A stretch of 64,000 nt of DNA from Peptococcaceae bacterium (GTDB lineage Bacteria > Bacillota > Peptococcia > Peptococcales > Peptococcaceae): NCBI GenBank assembly GCA_019420345.1, contig JAHZHI010000055.1, positions 17,871 to 81,870 of the forward strand, in the 5' to 3' direction. A program made the translations under genes and the position numbers. This document shows positions 45,299-54,784 of this stretch, in pieces (the first letter of the stretch is position 1; each line of letters opens with the position of its first letter). Under the pieces are notes generated by a model. The model was not told where the DNA came from and did not search any database. It saw only the letters and a program-made list of their open reading frames with translations.

Positions 45299-46996
45299 TC
45301 AACTTTCTTCCATGATGATCGGCAGGATCATCGGGCGGCGGCGGGTGCGTTCATACAAGAACTTCCCTGTCACATCACGCAGGGCCTGCTTGATACTGGT
45401 CCAGTCGGTGACGCCGTCTTTCATGCATTGGTCGAGGGCTTTCTCGACACGTGCGCGGGCGTCGGTCATCAATTCATCGGCTTCACGCACATAAACAAAG
45501 CCGCGGGACACAAGATCCGGCCCAGCAACGACACGCTTGTTCTTGCGGTCAATCGTCACCACGACGATAAAGATCCCATCCTGTGACAGCTGACGGCGAT
45601 CGCGCAAGACGATATTGCCAACATCGCCAACGCCCAAGCCATCGATCAGCACACGACCAGCAGGTACCTTTCCTGCAAGGCCGACACGGTTCTGTGTGGC
45701 TAAAACAACGTGGCCGTTTTCAGTAACGATGATGTTCTCCGATGGGATTCCCACCTCTTTGGCAAGCTTTGCATGCGACAACAGCATGCGATACTCGCCG
45801 TGTACAGGCATAAAATACTTCGGTTTTACGAGATTAAGCATCATCTTGAGCTCTTCGCGGGCGGCGTGTCCAGAAACGTGAACACGTTGGTCGGTGTTGT
45901 CAATAACATCAGCACCGAGTTTGAAGAGCATGTCAATGACTTTGCTGATGAGCTTCTCATTGCCTGGAATTGGGCTGGCCGAGAAAATAACCGTGTCGCC
46001 AGCGCCAATGCGCACCTGACGATGCTCATTCATCGCCATGCGTGACAGTGCCGCCATAGGTTCACCCTGGCTGCCTGTGCAGAGAATCACCAGCTGGTTG
46101 TCTGGATATTGACGCATTTCATCCATCTCGATCAAGGTGTTTGGTGGCACATTGATGTATCCATACTCACTCGCAACGTTGATGGTGTTGACCATGCTGC
46201 GGCCAGTGATCACCACTTTGCGGCGATTGGCATGAGCAGCATTCAGCACTTGCTGCAAACGATGCACATTTGACGCAAAGGTTGCGATAATGATTCGCCC
46301 AGAAATGTGAGGGAACAACTTGTCAAACGTCTCGCCGATGGACGATTCACTCATGCTGAACCCTGGACGGGTCGCATTGGTGGAATCGCTCATCATCAGG
46401 AGCACCCCTTTGGCACTGATTTCCGCAATGCGCTGGAAATCGGTCGTGGTTCCATCCACCGGTGTCTGGTCGAATTTAAAATCCCCCGTATGGAAAATAA
46501 CGCCCAACGGCGTGTGAATGGCAACAGCGCTCGCATCCGGAATGCTATGGCAGGTCTTGATCAGTTCAACCTCCATGTGACCAATGCGAAACGGTTCGCC
46601 GTGCTTGACGACCACCAATCGTTGTTTGCCGAGGTTGCGTGCCTCCTTGAGCTTCGGTTCGAGCAGCCCAATCGTGAGGCGTGTGCCGTAAACAGGCACA
46701 TGGAGCTCTCGCAAAACATACGGCAAGCCACCGATGTGGTCTTCATGGCCGTGGGTGAGAACAATGCCCTTAACCTTTTCCTTGTTCGTCGTCAGATACG
46801 TGATATCCGGAATCACACAATCTACGCCCAGCAGATCTTCCGTTGGAAAGGACATTCCTGCGTCAATGACGATGATCTCATCCTTATATTCGACGGCTGT
46901 CATATTCTTCCCAATCTCTTCAAGTCCGCCCAGTGGGATGATCTTGACGCCATCTTTTGGTTTTTGCTTAGAAATAACAATTTCCTCCTTCTTCAT
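45299..46996 (-). CDS. rnj: ribonuclease J
   Basis: Metallo-beta-lactamase motif LTHGHEDHIGG, a beta-CASP domain and a C-terminal domain. 565 aa. Confidence 0.9.
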   Translation of the reverse strand: MKKEEIVISKQKPKDGVKIIPLGGLEEIGKNMTAVEYKDEIIVIDAGMSFPTEDLLGVDCVIPDITYLTTNKEKVKGIVLTHGHEDHIGGLPYVLRELHVPVYGTRLTIGLLEPKLKEARNLGKQRLVVVKHGEPFRIGHMEVELIKTCHSIPDASAVAIHTPLGVIFHTGDFKFDQTPVDGTTTDFQRIAEISAKGVLLMMSDSTNATRPGFSMSESSIGETFDKLFPHISGRIIIATFASNVHRLQQVLNAAHANRRKVVITGRSMVNTINVASEYGYINVPPNTLIEMDEMRQYPDNQLVILCTGSQGEPMAALSRMAMNEHRQVRIGAGDTVIFSASPIPGNEKLISKVIDMLFKLGADVIDNTDQRVHVSGHAAREELKMMLNLVKPKYFMPVHGEYRMLLSHAKLAKEVGIPSENIIVTENGHVVLATQNRVGLAGKVPAGRVLIDGLGVGDVGNIVLRDRRQLSQDGIFIVVVTIDRKNKRVVAGPDLVSRGFVYVREADELMTDARARVEKALDQCMKDGVTDWTSIKQALRDVTGKFLYERTRRRPMILPIIMEES

Positions 46997-47075
46997 AGAT
47001 TTGCCGATCCTATATACTCAGCTCTGTTTATTATAAACAATTTTTCCAGTGGTTGCAAGCCGCGCGGCACCGACA

Positions 47076-47112
47076 AAGAAAAAGCGACAGCATCGCGAAA
47101 CGATGCTGCCGC
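47076..47112 (-). terminator. rho-independent terminator after the ABC permease
   Basis: Stem gcgacagcatcg / cgatgctgccgc (11 of 12 bp) with a T-tract on the minus strand. Confidence 0.7.
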
Positions 47113-47121
47113 TTGCGGCAA

Positions 47122-49104
47122 CTAATACAGGCGCTGTCCAGCGCGAATGCGCGCAATGATGTTCTGCCGCCGCAGACGCCGCGCAGCCAGCGTGGTGATG
47201 CAAAGCGTAAGAGCCAGCACGCCCGCGCAGCAAAGAAGAATCGGCAGCAGCGGAAAATGATACGGCACAGGGAAAGCGGCGCGCACTGGCAGCGCCACAA
47301 GGTACGTCAAAAGCACCCCCAGCGGCACGCCGATGAGAATGGCCCGCAGGCTGCAGAGGATGCTCTCAAGCGCAAGCATTTTCCGCAAGCCCTCCGGTGT
47401 CATGCCGATGCTTTGAAGCACCGCAAATTCGCTCGAGCGCATGAGCACATTCGTGGACAGAGTGCTGACGACATTGGTGAAACCGATGAGCATGAGCAGC
47501 CCGCAGAAACAGGCGAGAAAAACCAACGCCAGCACAATAGCGATATTCATGACCTTGAAATAATCCTCGGTCGCATAGACGCGGGCGCTGTAACCATTTT
47601 CCATGTAATTGTCACGGCTCTGGTCTGGAAAATGTTCGCTGAGCACTTGCTCGGCGTACGCCATAAATCCCTGCATGTCTGCCGGCGCTGCCTGCCAGCT
47701 GTATTGGCGCAGCGTCATCTCCGGCAAAATCAGGCGCACCGGATTGGTGTTCGGATAATAGAGCACATCCGGCACCTCGCCAGCATCCAGCACGGCGTCA
47801 ATCGTCACTTCCGTGGTTGTGCCGTCGGTTTCTTCGAGTTTCAGCGACTGAGGCACCTTCTTGAAAAAGACCGTGTCGGTGTTGTAGCCTTTGATGTTGA
47901 GACGGTCGTTGTTAATGAGCAGAACGCTTCCCACAGGCACCCCTGCCTGCGCGCACAGCGCCTGATAATGCTGCTGGTCCAAAACAATGCACTCCACATC
48001 GAAGGCCGCTGTCGCTTGTCCTTCCAATTCATAGTAAGAACGAATCTCCGGCGTCAGCGATGCGGTATCCAGCGTCACATCGTAACGTTCGTAGTCATTG
48101 CCGAAGCCAAACACATCGGTGCCACCGTCGTAGCGCGCCAGCTCACCAGTGATGGCATCGCCAAGGGTGCTGGTGATCGGCGCCGCATACGCAGTATCAT
48201 CATCGGTCATAGCGGATTGATAATCGGCCGTCACAGTATAGCCATCGTCAGTCGTCATCATCGCGTTGAAGGTGCCAGCTTGATGCCAGAGAAAGCCAAT
48301 GAATACAAAAAGCACCACCGCCACCGCCAGCGCTGCCACCGTGGTACGAAAAGTCTGGCGGCTGCGTGTCAGTGTTTTATGAGCGAGCAAACCCTCGGGA
48401 CCAAAGACACGCATCACCAGTGCGTCCATCCACTGATGGCTGCGGCGTGCGCGGATCTTCACCGCATCACGGCCGCGCACACTGGCGATGGCACTCTGCT
48501 TGGCCGCTTTGCGTGCTGGCAGCCAGGCGCTGATGAGCACCGTCATCAAAGAAAGCACCACTGCCAGCAGCAGGCCCAACGGTGAAAGCACAAAGCGCAG
48601 ATGAAAGGTCATTGTTTTTATCATGATGTGCGTAAGGGCGTTCAATTCATCAAAGAAATGATTCGCGACAGCGATGCCGCCTGCTGTCAGCCCCAATCCC
48701 AGCAATAAACCAAAGGGAATGCCAATGAGCGCGAGCAGCACCGCTTCCCAGAGCATCGTCTTACGAATCTGCGCTGGTGTTGCGCCAACGCACTTCAAGG
48801 TGCCAAATTCTGCTGTGCGCGCACTGGCGCTGACGCGAAAAACATTTGAGATGACCACAACCGCCATGAGCATAATCAGTACACTGAGAAATGCTGCCGG
48901 CACCACCAGCACCCGCACATACATGGCACTGTACATCGTCAATCCGCCGCCAACGCTCTCGCGAATCATCGCCGCGCCACTGGCAGCAAAATGGGTCACA
49001 CAGGTGATGAGGGCCGTTGCCAGTACCACCGCCACCACCGTCCAAAAACTCCGCAAACGGTTGACACGAAACTGACTCTTTGCCAGATGAAGAAACAGGC
49101 GCAT
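47122..49104 (-). CDS. FtsX-family ABC permease, BceB-like (about 10 TM plus a large extracytoplasmic domain)
   Basis: 660 aa. Two FtsX-type 4-TM bundles flank a hydrophilic domain of about 200 aa. Confidence 0.75.
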   Translation of the reverse strand: MRLFLHLAKSQFRVNRLRSFWTVVAVVLATALITCVTHFAASGAAMIRESVGGGLTMYSAMYVRVLVVPAAFLSVLIMLMAVVVISNVFRVSASARTAEFGTLKCVGATPAQIRKTMLWEAVLLALIGIPFGLLLGLGLTAGGIAVANHFFDELNALTHIMIKTMTFHLRFVLSPLGLLLAVVLSLMTVLISAWLPARKAAKQSAIASVRGRDAVKIRARRSHQWMDALVMRVFGPEGLLAHKTLTRSRQTFRTTVAALAVAVVLFVFIGFLWHQAGTFNAMMTTDDGYTVTADYQSAMTDDDTAYAAPITSTLGDAITGELARYDGGTDVFGFGNDYERYDVTLDTASLTPEIRSYYELEGQATAAFDVECIVLDQQHYQALCAQAGVPVGSVLLINNDRLNIKGYNTDTVFFKKVPQSLKLEETDGTTTEVTIDAVLDAGEVPDVLYYPNTNPVRLILPEMTLRQYSWQAAPADMQGFMAYAEQVLSEHFPDQSRDNYMENGYSARVYATEDYFKVMNIAIVLALVFLACFCGLLMLIGFTNVVSTLSTNVLMRSSEFAVLQSIGMTPEGLRKMLALESILCSLRAILIGVPLGVLLTYLVALPVRAAFPVPYHFPLLPILLCCAGVLALTLCITTLAARRLRRQNIIARIRAGQRLY

Positions 49105-49105
49105 C

Positions 49106-49807
49106 TTAACGCGCCCCCTTTCGCCGGTCTTTCAACAACTCATCCGACAGCAGCCGTCCATCACCAATGGTAAGCACGCGATCTGCCATGAGCGCGATCT
49201 TTTCATCGTGGGTGATGAGAAGCAAGGTCTGCTTGTAACGCCGATTGGCCATCTGCAGCAACGCCATCACATCGCGGCTGGCGCGGCTGTCCAGGTTGCC
49301 GGTCGGCTCATCGGCAAGGATAAATGCCGGATCGTTGATCAGCGCCCTTCCCAAAGACACACGCTGCTGCTGGCCGCCCGAGAGCGCGCTCGGCAGATGA
49401 TTGGCGCGTTCCGTGAGTCCGCACATTTCCAGAATCTCATTCAGCTTGGCTTTTTCCGGCTCGCGCTTGTCGAGCAGATAAGGCAGCATGATGTTTTCTG
49501 ACGCTGTCAGCGTCGGCACCAGATTGTAAAACTGAAACACCATGCCAATATTGCGGCGCCTGAAAATGGCCCGCTCGCTTTCGTTCATGTCATAGATGGC
49601 TTGATCGTCGATGAAAACACGGCCTGATGTCGGCTCGTCAATGCCGCCGATCAGGTTCATGAGCGTCGATTTGCCGCTGCCAGACGCACCGACAATGACG
49701 ATGAACTCACCTTTTTCGACGCTGAAACTGACGTGATCCAGTGCCGTCACCGCTGTCTCACCGCTGCCATAGATTTTTGTCAGGGCCTCCACTTGAAGGA
49801 TTGCCAT
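49106..49807 (-). CDS. ABC transporter ATP-binding protein (BceA/MacB-type)
   Basis: [28 protein letters not shown]. Start MAILQV lies 8 nt after GGAGG. Confidence 0.9.
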   Translation of the reverse strand: MAILQVEALTKIYGSGETAVTALDHVSFSVEKGEFIVIVGASGSGKSTLMNLIGGIDEPTSGRVFIDDQAIYDMNESERAIFRRRNIGMVFQFYNLVPTLTASENIMLPYLLDKREPEKAKLNEILEMCGLTERANHLPSALSGGQQQRVSLGRALINDPAFILADEPTGNLDSRASRDVMALLQMANRRYKQTLLLITHDEKIALMADRVLTIGDGRLLSDELLKDRRKGAR

Positions 49808-49886
49808 AATCATCGCCTCCTATTTTCTCTATGGTTGTATCTTACCAAGCCAATGTGACTGTTCGGTGACAAGACGGCACATTTTC

Positions 49887-50711
49887 TCACTTATAAAACT
49901 TCATCGTAAAAGTGGCTCCTGTGCCCTGTCCGCCAGCATCCACATCAATATCGCCATGCTGACCGCGCACAATCGCTAGCGCCAACGGCAGCCCAATGCC
50001 AACGCCATTCTTGTTGGCAGAGCTAGCAAAACGCACGAACAGCGAAGCCATCTCTGCCCGTGACAGGCCAGCACCAGCATCACGGACCGAAAGCCATGCA
50101 TAAAGCGGATTGTCACCGCAGTCCACAACGATGGTGCTGCCGGCAGGCGAGGCCTCGCAGGCATTCTTCAAAAGATTCGTCAAGGCCTCTACCGTCCAGC
50201 GCCGATCACAGTGCAAAATGCCATCATCCATCAAAGTCACCTGCTGATCCTGTACGTCCAATAAAATCGCCAAAGGCGCCAACGCCGCGTCCAGCAATTC
50301 TCGCGCCATCACTGCCTGCTGTTCAAAGTGCACAGCCCCAGCGTCCAGCTTCGCCAGCTTGAGCAACGTGTCGACCAGCCAGTCCATGCGCGCCAAGCTC
50401 ATGCGAATGTTCGTCAAGAATTCTTCCTGACGTTCCGGCGGCGCGCTTTCAAGCAGATCGGCCATGAGCATCATCGAGGTCACCGGTGTTTTTAACTGGT
50501 GAGAAATGTTCTCCATGTATTCCGCAAATTCCAGCCTTGCTGCGTTGGCGGCATCACGCTCAGCACCCAGCTGCGCCACAAGCGTATGCAGATCGTTTTT
50601 CAGCAGCGACAAGGCGCCTTCCTGATTGTCGCGAAATTCCACCGGCTCACCATTGATCGCCTGACGCAATGTGCTGGACAAAGCCTCCAGCTCCTGTTTA
50701 CGCACCCACAC
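49887..50711 (-). CDS. histidine kinase without transmembrane or sensor domain
   Basis: H-box NISHQLKTPVTSM, N-box LLKNACEA, G-boxes DAGAGL and GVGIGLPL. No hydrophobic helix anywhere in the 274 aa. GTG start overlaps the response-regulator stop. Confidence 0.8.
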   Translation of the reverse strand: MWVRKQELEALSSTLRQAINGEPVEFRDNQEGALSLLKNDLHTLVAQLGAERDAANAARLEFAEYMENISHQLKTPVTSMMLMADLLESAPPERQEEFLTNIRMSLARMDWLVDTLLKLAKLDAGAVHFEQQAVMARELLDAALAPLAILLDVQDQQVTLMDDGILHCDRRWTVEALTNLLKNACEASPAGSTIVVDCGDNPLYAWLSVRDAGAGLSRAEMASLFVRFASSANKNGVGIGLPLALAIVRGQHGDIDVDAGGQGTGATFTMKFYK

Positions 50712-51342
50712 GATAGCCCAGCCCCCTCACTGTTTCGATGGTCACTGCATCCCCCAGTTTTTCACGCAGCCGCTTCACATACACGGTCAGCGTGTTGTCT
50801 TCGACAAAATTGCCATTTTGATCCCAAAGCTGATCCAAAATCTGCGCCCGCGTCAGCAGTTGTCCGCGATGCATCGCAAAAATCAGGCAGAGCCGATACT
50901 CCAGCGCCGTCAGCGCCACATCCTGTCCATCCACTGTAACCCGGCCGGTAGCTGTATCGATGCGTGCCCTGCCCAGACTCAATACTGTTTCCTGCTGCGG
51001 CAGTGCCCGGCGCGCCCGCGCCAGCAGCTCCCGCAGACGAAACGGCTTCGTCACATAATCGGCGGCACCTTGATCGAGCGCGCGCACAATGCGCGCCTCA
51101 TCGTCCATAACGGTGAGAAAAATCACACGCACCCCTTGTGCCAGTGCCTGTTCCCCTACGGCAAAGCCATCGCCGTCCGGCAGCTGCATGTCGATAAGCG
51201 CCAGATCGACAGCCACCTTTGCCAGCACATGCAGCGCCGCCTTCACCGTCGCTGCATGGCGCACCCCATAGCCTTCCTGCTCGAGGGCAAAGACCAACCC
51301 CGACGCAATCACGGCATCGTCCTCTACCAATAAGAGTTCCAT
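50698..51342 (-). CDS. OmpR-family response regulator
   Basis: Receiver domain (LLVEDD...DLALIDMQLPDGDG) plus a winged-helix C-terminus (VRGLGYRV). Confidence 0.9.
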   Translation of the reverse strand: MELLLVEDDAVIASGLVFALEQEGYGVRHAATVKAALHVLAKVAVDLALIDMQLPDGDGFAVGEQALAQGVRVIFLTVMDDEARIVRALDQGAADYVTKPFRLRELLARARRALPQQETVLSLGRARIDTATGRVTVDGQDVALTALEYRLCLIFAMHRGQLLTRAQILDQLWDQNGNFVEDNTLTVYVKRLREKLGDAVTIETVRGLGYRVGA

Positions 51343-51402
51343 GGTATCGCCTCCTTGTTATAAAAATAGCGACTGCCACAAATGACAGTCGCTTTGCTTT
51401 CA

Positions 51403-52125
51403 TTAAAGAACTTTTGCCAGAAAATCCTGGGTACGTGGTTCTTTTGGATTGTTGAAGATTTCTTCCGGTGTGCCCTGTTCCATGATGTAACCTTGATCCA
51501 TGAAGAATACACGGTCACATACTTCGCGCGCAAAGCCCATTTCATGGGTAACGATCAGCATGGTCATACCCGTTTCAGTGAGCTGACGGATAACCGCCAA
51601 TACTTCACCGACCATTTCAGGGTCAAGAGCGGATGTTGGTTCATCAAAGAGCATGATTTTTGGATGCATTGCCAACGCGCGAGCAATGGCCACGCGCTGC
51701 TGCTGACCACCGGAAAGTGCTGCTGGATAGCTGTCGGCCTTATCCAACAAGCCAACACGCTTCAGCAGTTCGCGTGCAGTCTTTTCGGCGTCCGCCTGTG
51801 CAATGCCTTTGACATTGATTGGCGCCAGGGTGATGTTTTCCAGCACAGTTTTATGAGGGAAGAGATTGAAGCGCTGGAACACCATGCCGAGATCTTCACG
51901 CATCTTGTTGATGTCGGTCTTTGGATCGGTAATTTCCTGGCCATCAATGATAATATGTCCGCTGGTTGGTTCTTCAAGCAGATTGATGCAGCGCAGGAAA
52001 GTACTCTTACCAGAACCGGATGGTCCGATGATGGAGACGATTTCTCCATCTTTGATGGTTTCGGTGATGCCTTTAAGGACTTCCAAGTCACCGAAGGATT
52101 TGTGTAAGTCTTTAATTTCGATCAT
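51403..52125 (-). CDS. amino-acid ABC transporter ATP-binding protein (GlnQ-like)
   Basis: [35 protein letters not shown]. Confidence 0.9.
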   Translation of the reverse strand: MIEIKDLHKSFGDLEVLKGITETIKDGEIVSIIGPSGSGKSTFLRCINLLEEPTSGHIIIDGQEITDPKTDINKMREDLGMVFQRFNLFPHKTVLENITLAPINVKGIAQADAEKTARELLKRVGLLDKADSYPAALSGGQQQRVAIARALAMHPKIMLFDEPTSALDPEMVGEVLAVIRQLTETGMTMLIVTHEMGFAREVCDRVFFMDQGYIMEQGTPEEIFNNPKEPRTQDFLAKVL

Positions 52126-52146
52126 TGTTCAATAACCTCCTAATGA

Positions 52147-52830
52147 TCAGCGCTTGTCCGTCTGCAGACGGCGTTCATACCAGTTGATGATGCGCGTAAA
52201 GGTCAACGTCAATACAAGATATACCAAGGCAACCGCAACATAGGTTGGGAATGGTTCAAAATGAACAGAAGTATAAATCTGCCCACGCTTCATGATTTCA
52301 GACAACCCAATCGCAGCCAGCAAGGATGTATCCTTGAGCAGCATAACAAATTCATTGCCAAGTGGTGGAATAACCAGCTTAAAGGCCTGAGGCAAAATAA
52401 CCAGGCGCATGGCCTGCTTATGCGTCATGCCCAAAGAACGCGCCGCTTCCACCTGTCCCTTATCGACGCCCTGAATCCCGGCGCGGAAGATCTCGGCCAC
52501 ATAAGCACCACTGTTCAGCGACAGAACCACAATCCCTGTAACCAGCAGTGGGAAACTAAACTTGCCATTAAAGAACAGTTCTGCAATAATGCTGGCCACA
52601 CCAAAATGCCATAAAAAGATCTGCACGTAAAGTGGTGTGCCGCGAAGCGCTTCAATATAAACATTCGCGATTGCTTTGAGCACACGATTTCGGCCCATCT
52701 TCATCAGCGCCATAAGCAGACCAATGATGATCCCGAAGAAAACGCCGCAAACCGTGAGGAACAAAGTGGTCCCAGCGCCTGGAATAAGCTTTGGCAGCAC
52801 ATCAAAAAATGCTGTAAAAAAATCGCCCAT
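52147..52830 (-). CDS. amino-acid ABC transporter permease (His/Glu/Gln/Arg family)
   Basis: EAARSLGMT..QA...VILPQA signature loop. 227 aa. Confidence 0.85.
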   Translation of the reverse strand: MGDFFTAFFDVLPKLIPGAGTTLFLTVCGVFFGIIIGLLMALMKMGRNRVLKAIANVYIEALRGTPLYVQIFLWHFGVASIIAELFFNGKFSFPLLVTGIVVLSLNSGAYVAEIFRAGIQGVDKGQVEAARSLGMTHKQAMRLVILPQAFKLVIPPLGNEFVMLLKDTSLLAAIGLSEIMKRGQIYTSVHFEPFPTYVAVALVYLVLTLTFTRIINWYERRLQTDKR

Positions 52831-52857
52831 TTTATCCTCCTTTATGGAATAAACGCA

Positions 52858-52893
52858 AAGAATGAGATGCAGTTACCTCTGCATCTCATTCTT
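52858..52893 (-). other. intra-operon hairpin between the binding-protein and permease genes
   Basis: Perfect 15-bp stem aagaatgagatgcag / ctgcatctcattctt. Only a weak T-tract follows, so it is probably a partial terminator or mRNA stabiliser. Confidence 0.6.
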
Positions 52894-52913
52894 ATCTCAC
52901 TTGTTAAAAAATA

Positions 52914-53783
52914 TTATTCATCGCCGCTCATGATTTTTGCAACGGCATCTTTTGCGCTGCCATCCTTAACAGATTCTGGAACATCCAGTTCATATTTCGC
53001 GCAAAGTTCATCAAACTTACCGTTTTCAATGACATCGGCAAGACCTGCATTGATCTTATCAAGCAGTGCCTGATTGTCTTCGTCAACGACAATGCCATAG
53101 TAGTCAGAAGCATATGGTTCGCCGGTGAGTTTCACTTCATCACCATGATCTTTCAGATAGGACTGTGCAACTGGAATATCGATGATAATCGCATCGCAGC
53201 CACCTGTCAGAAGATCCTGTACGCAGGTGTTATAGTTATCAAGCAATTTTGCAGTAGCGGTACCAGCTTCTTCAAGAGCAGTTGCTTCGTCTGCACCGGT
53301 AGTACCGATCTGAGCAGCAACGGTCTTGCCCTGGAGATCATCAGCGCCGGTAATGTCACTGTCCGCCGCAACCATGATGCCAAGAGAAGCATCCATGTAT
53401 GGGTCAGAGAACAGAACATTGTTGCGCTTAGGGTCAAAACTCATGCCTGCAGCAACAGCATCAATCTGGCCAGTGGTCAATGCACCGATCAAAGCATCAA
53501 ATTCCATGGATTTGAATTCTACATCGAAGCCCTGATCTTCACCGATGGCCTGCATCAGGTCAAGGTCAAAACCGGTCATGTTGCCTTCGTCATCCTGATA
53601 TTCGAATGGTGCAAAGGTTGGGTTGGTCCCTACGACGACAACGTTGGAAGATTCGCTGGAGGCACTGCCTTCAGCAGCTGCACTGCTGGAAGCAGCATCG
53701 TTGCTGCCGCCACCGCAGCCAGCCAACAGCGTAACAGCCATAGCAGCTGTTAACAACATAGCTATCCACTTTTTGTTTTTCAT
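52914..53783 (-). CDS. amino-acid ABC transporter substrate-binding lipoprotein
   Basis: Lipobox LTAAMAVTLLAGC|GG. Family-3 SBP core (VGTNPTFAPFEY...). Confidence 0.85.
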   Translation of the reverse strand: MKNKKWIAMLLTAAMAVTLLAGCGGGSNDAASSSAAAEGSASSESSNVVVVGTNPTFAPFEYQDDEGNMTGFDLDLMQAIGEDQGFDVEFKSMEFDALIGALTTGQIDAVAAGMSFDPKRNNVLFSDPYMDASLGIMVAADSDITGADDLQGKTVAAQIGTTGADEATALEEAGTATAKLLDNYNTCVQDLLTGGCDAIIIDIPVAQSYLKDHGDEVKLTGEPYASDYYGIVVDEDNQALLDKINAGLADVIENGKFDELCAKYELDVPESVKDGSAKDAVAKIMSGDE

Positions 53784-53828
53784 GATATCTCTTCTCCTCT
53801 AATTTGTAATAATAAAACATATACAGTT

Positions 53829-53857
53829 ATTATAGAGCGACGTGTATATTTTTTCAA
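53829..53857 (-). promoter_or_regulatory. sigma-A promoter of the amino-acid ABC operon
   Basis: On the minus strand: TTGAAA (53852-53857), a 17-nt spacer, TATAAT (53829-53834). Confidence 0.55.
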
Positions 53858-53955
53858 TCACTTTCTGACCATTCTCAGGATAATTTAAGGCTTTTTACCG
53901 TCTCTCAGCAATCTATTAGCAATGTCTATGCATAAAACGCTGCATACTGTGCATA

Positions 53956-54654
53956 TTAGCGCAGTGCACTCGCCATCGTCACACTCTGCACCTGCTTGGC
54001 GCCAGCACGATGCAGCGCACGCGCACAAGCCAGCAGGGTGCTGCCTGTCGTCATGACGTCGTCCACAAGAAGCACACGTTGGCCGTGAACCAGCGCTTGT
54101 TTCTTTTCAGGCACGGCAAAAGCCTGGGCCACATTTAGCATGCGCTCAGTCTTTGACAGCCCAACCTGATGACGCGTGTTGACCACACGCAGCAGCCAGT
54201 CGTCATGCAATGGCAGCTGCCAAGCATGGCTCAATTCGCGCGCCAAGAGCAGGCTTTGATTGTAGCCGCGCTCGCGCAGGCGCGCTTTATGCAGCGGCAC
54301 GGGAACGATCGCATCAACCATCGGCGCTGGCCAATACGCAGCGAGCGCGCCAAAGCCTTCCGCCCGCCAGGGCTCACCATGATATTTAAAGCGCAGAATG
54401 GCCTCACGCACCGTATCTGTATAAGGAAGGAAAGCCGTATTGCCCAAGAAATACGCCGGCCAGTCACGGCAGGTGTCACAAACCGGCGCCCGCGAACCAA
54501 AATGCCCACAGCGCCGGCACTGACCTTCCAGCTCAGCAAAGCGCCGCCAGCGCAATAGGCACGTCTCACAAATGGTCAGCATTTCCGTTCGTTTTTCACA
54601 GAGCACACACATGCTGGGATTGGGGAAAATCAAATTTAACAGTTCTCTCCACAT
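53956..54654 (-). CDS. comFC: ComF family protein (phosphoribosyltransferase domain)
   Basis: N-terminal Cys4 zinc finger (CVLCEKR...CETC..CRRCG..C) and a C-terminal PRT motif VLLVDDVMTTGST. Confidence 0.8.
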   Translation of the reverse strand: MWRELLNLIFPNPSMCVLCEKRTEMLTICETCLLRWRRFAELEGQCRRCGHFGSRAPVCDTCRDWPAYFLGNTAFLPYTDTVREAILRFKYHGEPWRAEGFGALAAYWPAPMVDAIVPVPLHKARLRERGYNQSLLLARELSHAWQLPLHDDWLLRVVNTRHQVGLSKTERMLNVAQAFAVPEKKQALVHGQRVLLVDDVMTTGSTLLACARALHRAGAKQVQSVTMASALR

Positions 54655-54784
54655 AGTCCGGCACCTCCCTTGCCACACAACGACCACCATTGCATTTAGC
54701 GTAAACCACTGTCACCCATCTTGCAAGGAAATTCAAGAAAGCGTATAATTATTTTATTCTAGGATTACCACAAGGAGGAAACCC

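Noticed and set aside
49887-50711. Possibility that the TM-less histidine kinase is a frameshifted fragment of a longer membrane kinase.
   Set aside because: The response-regulator gene immediately upstream is intact to its C-terminus and overlaps the kinase start. No upstream coding space in any frame could hold a lost sensor domain at this locus. It is kept as a finding rather than a pseudogene call.
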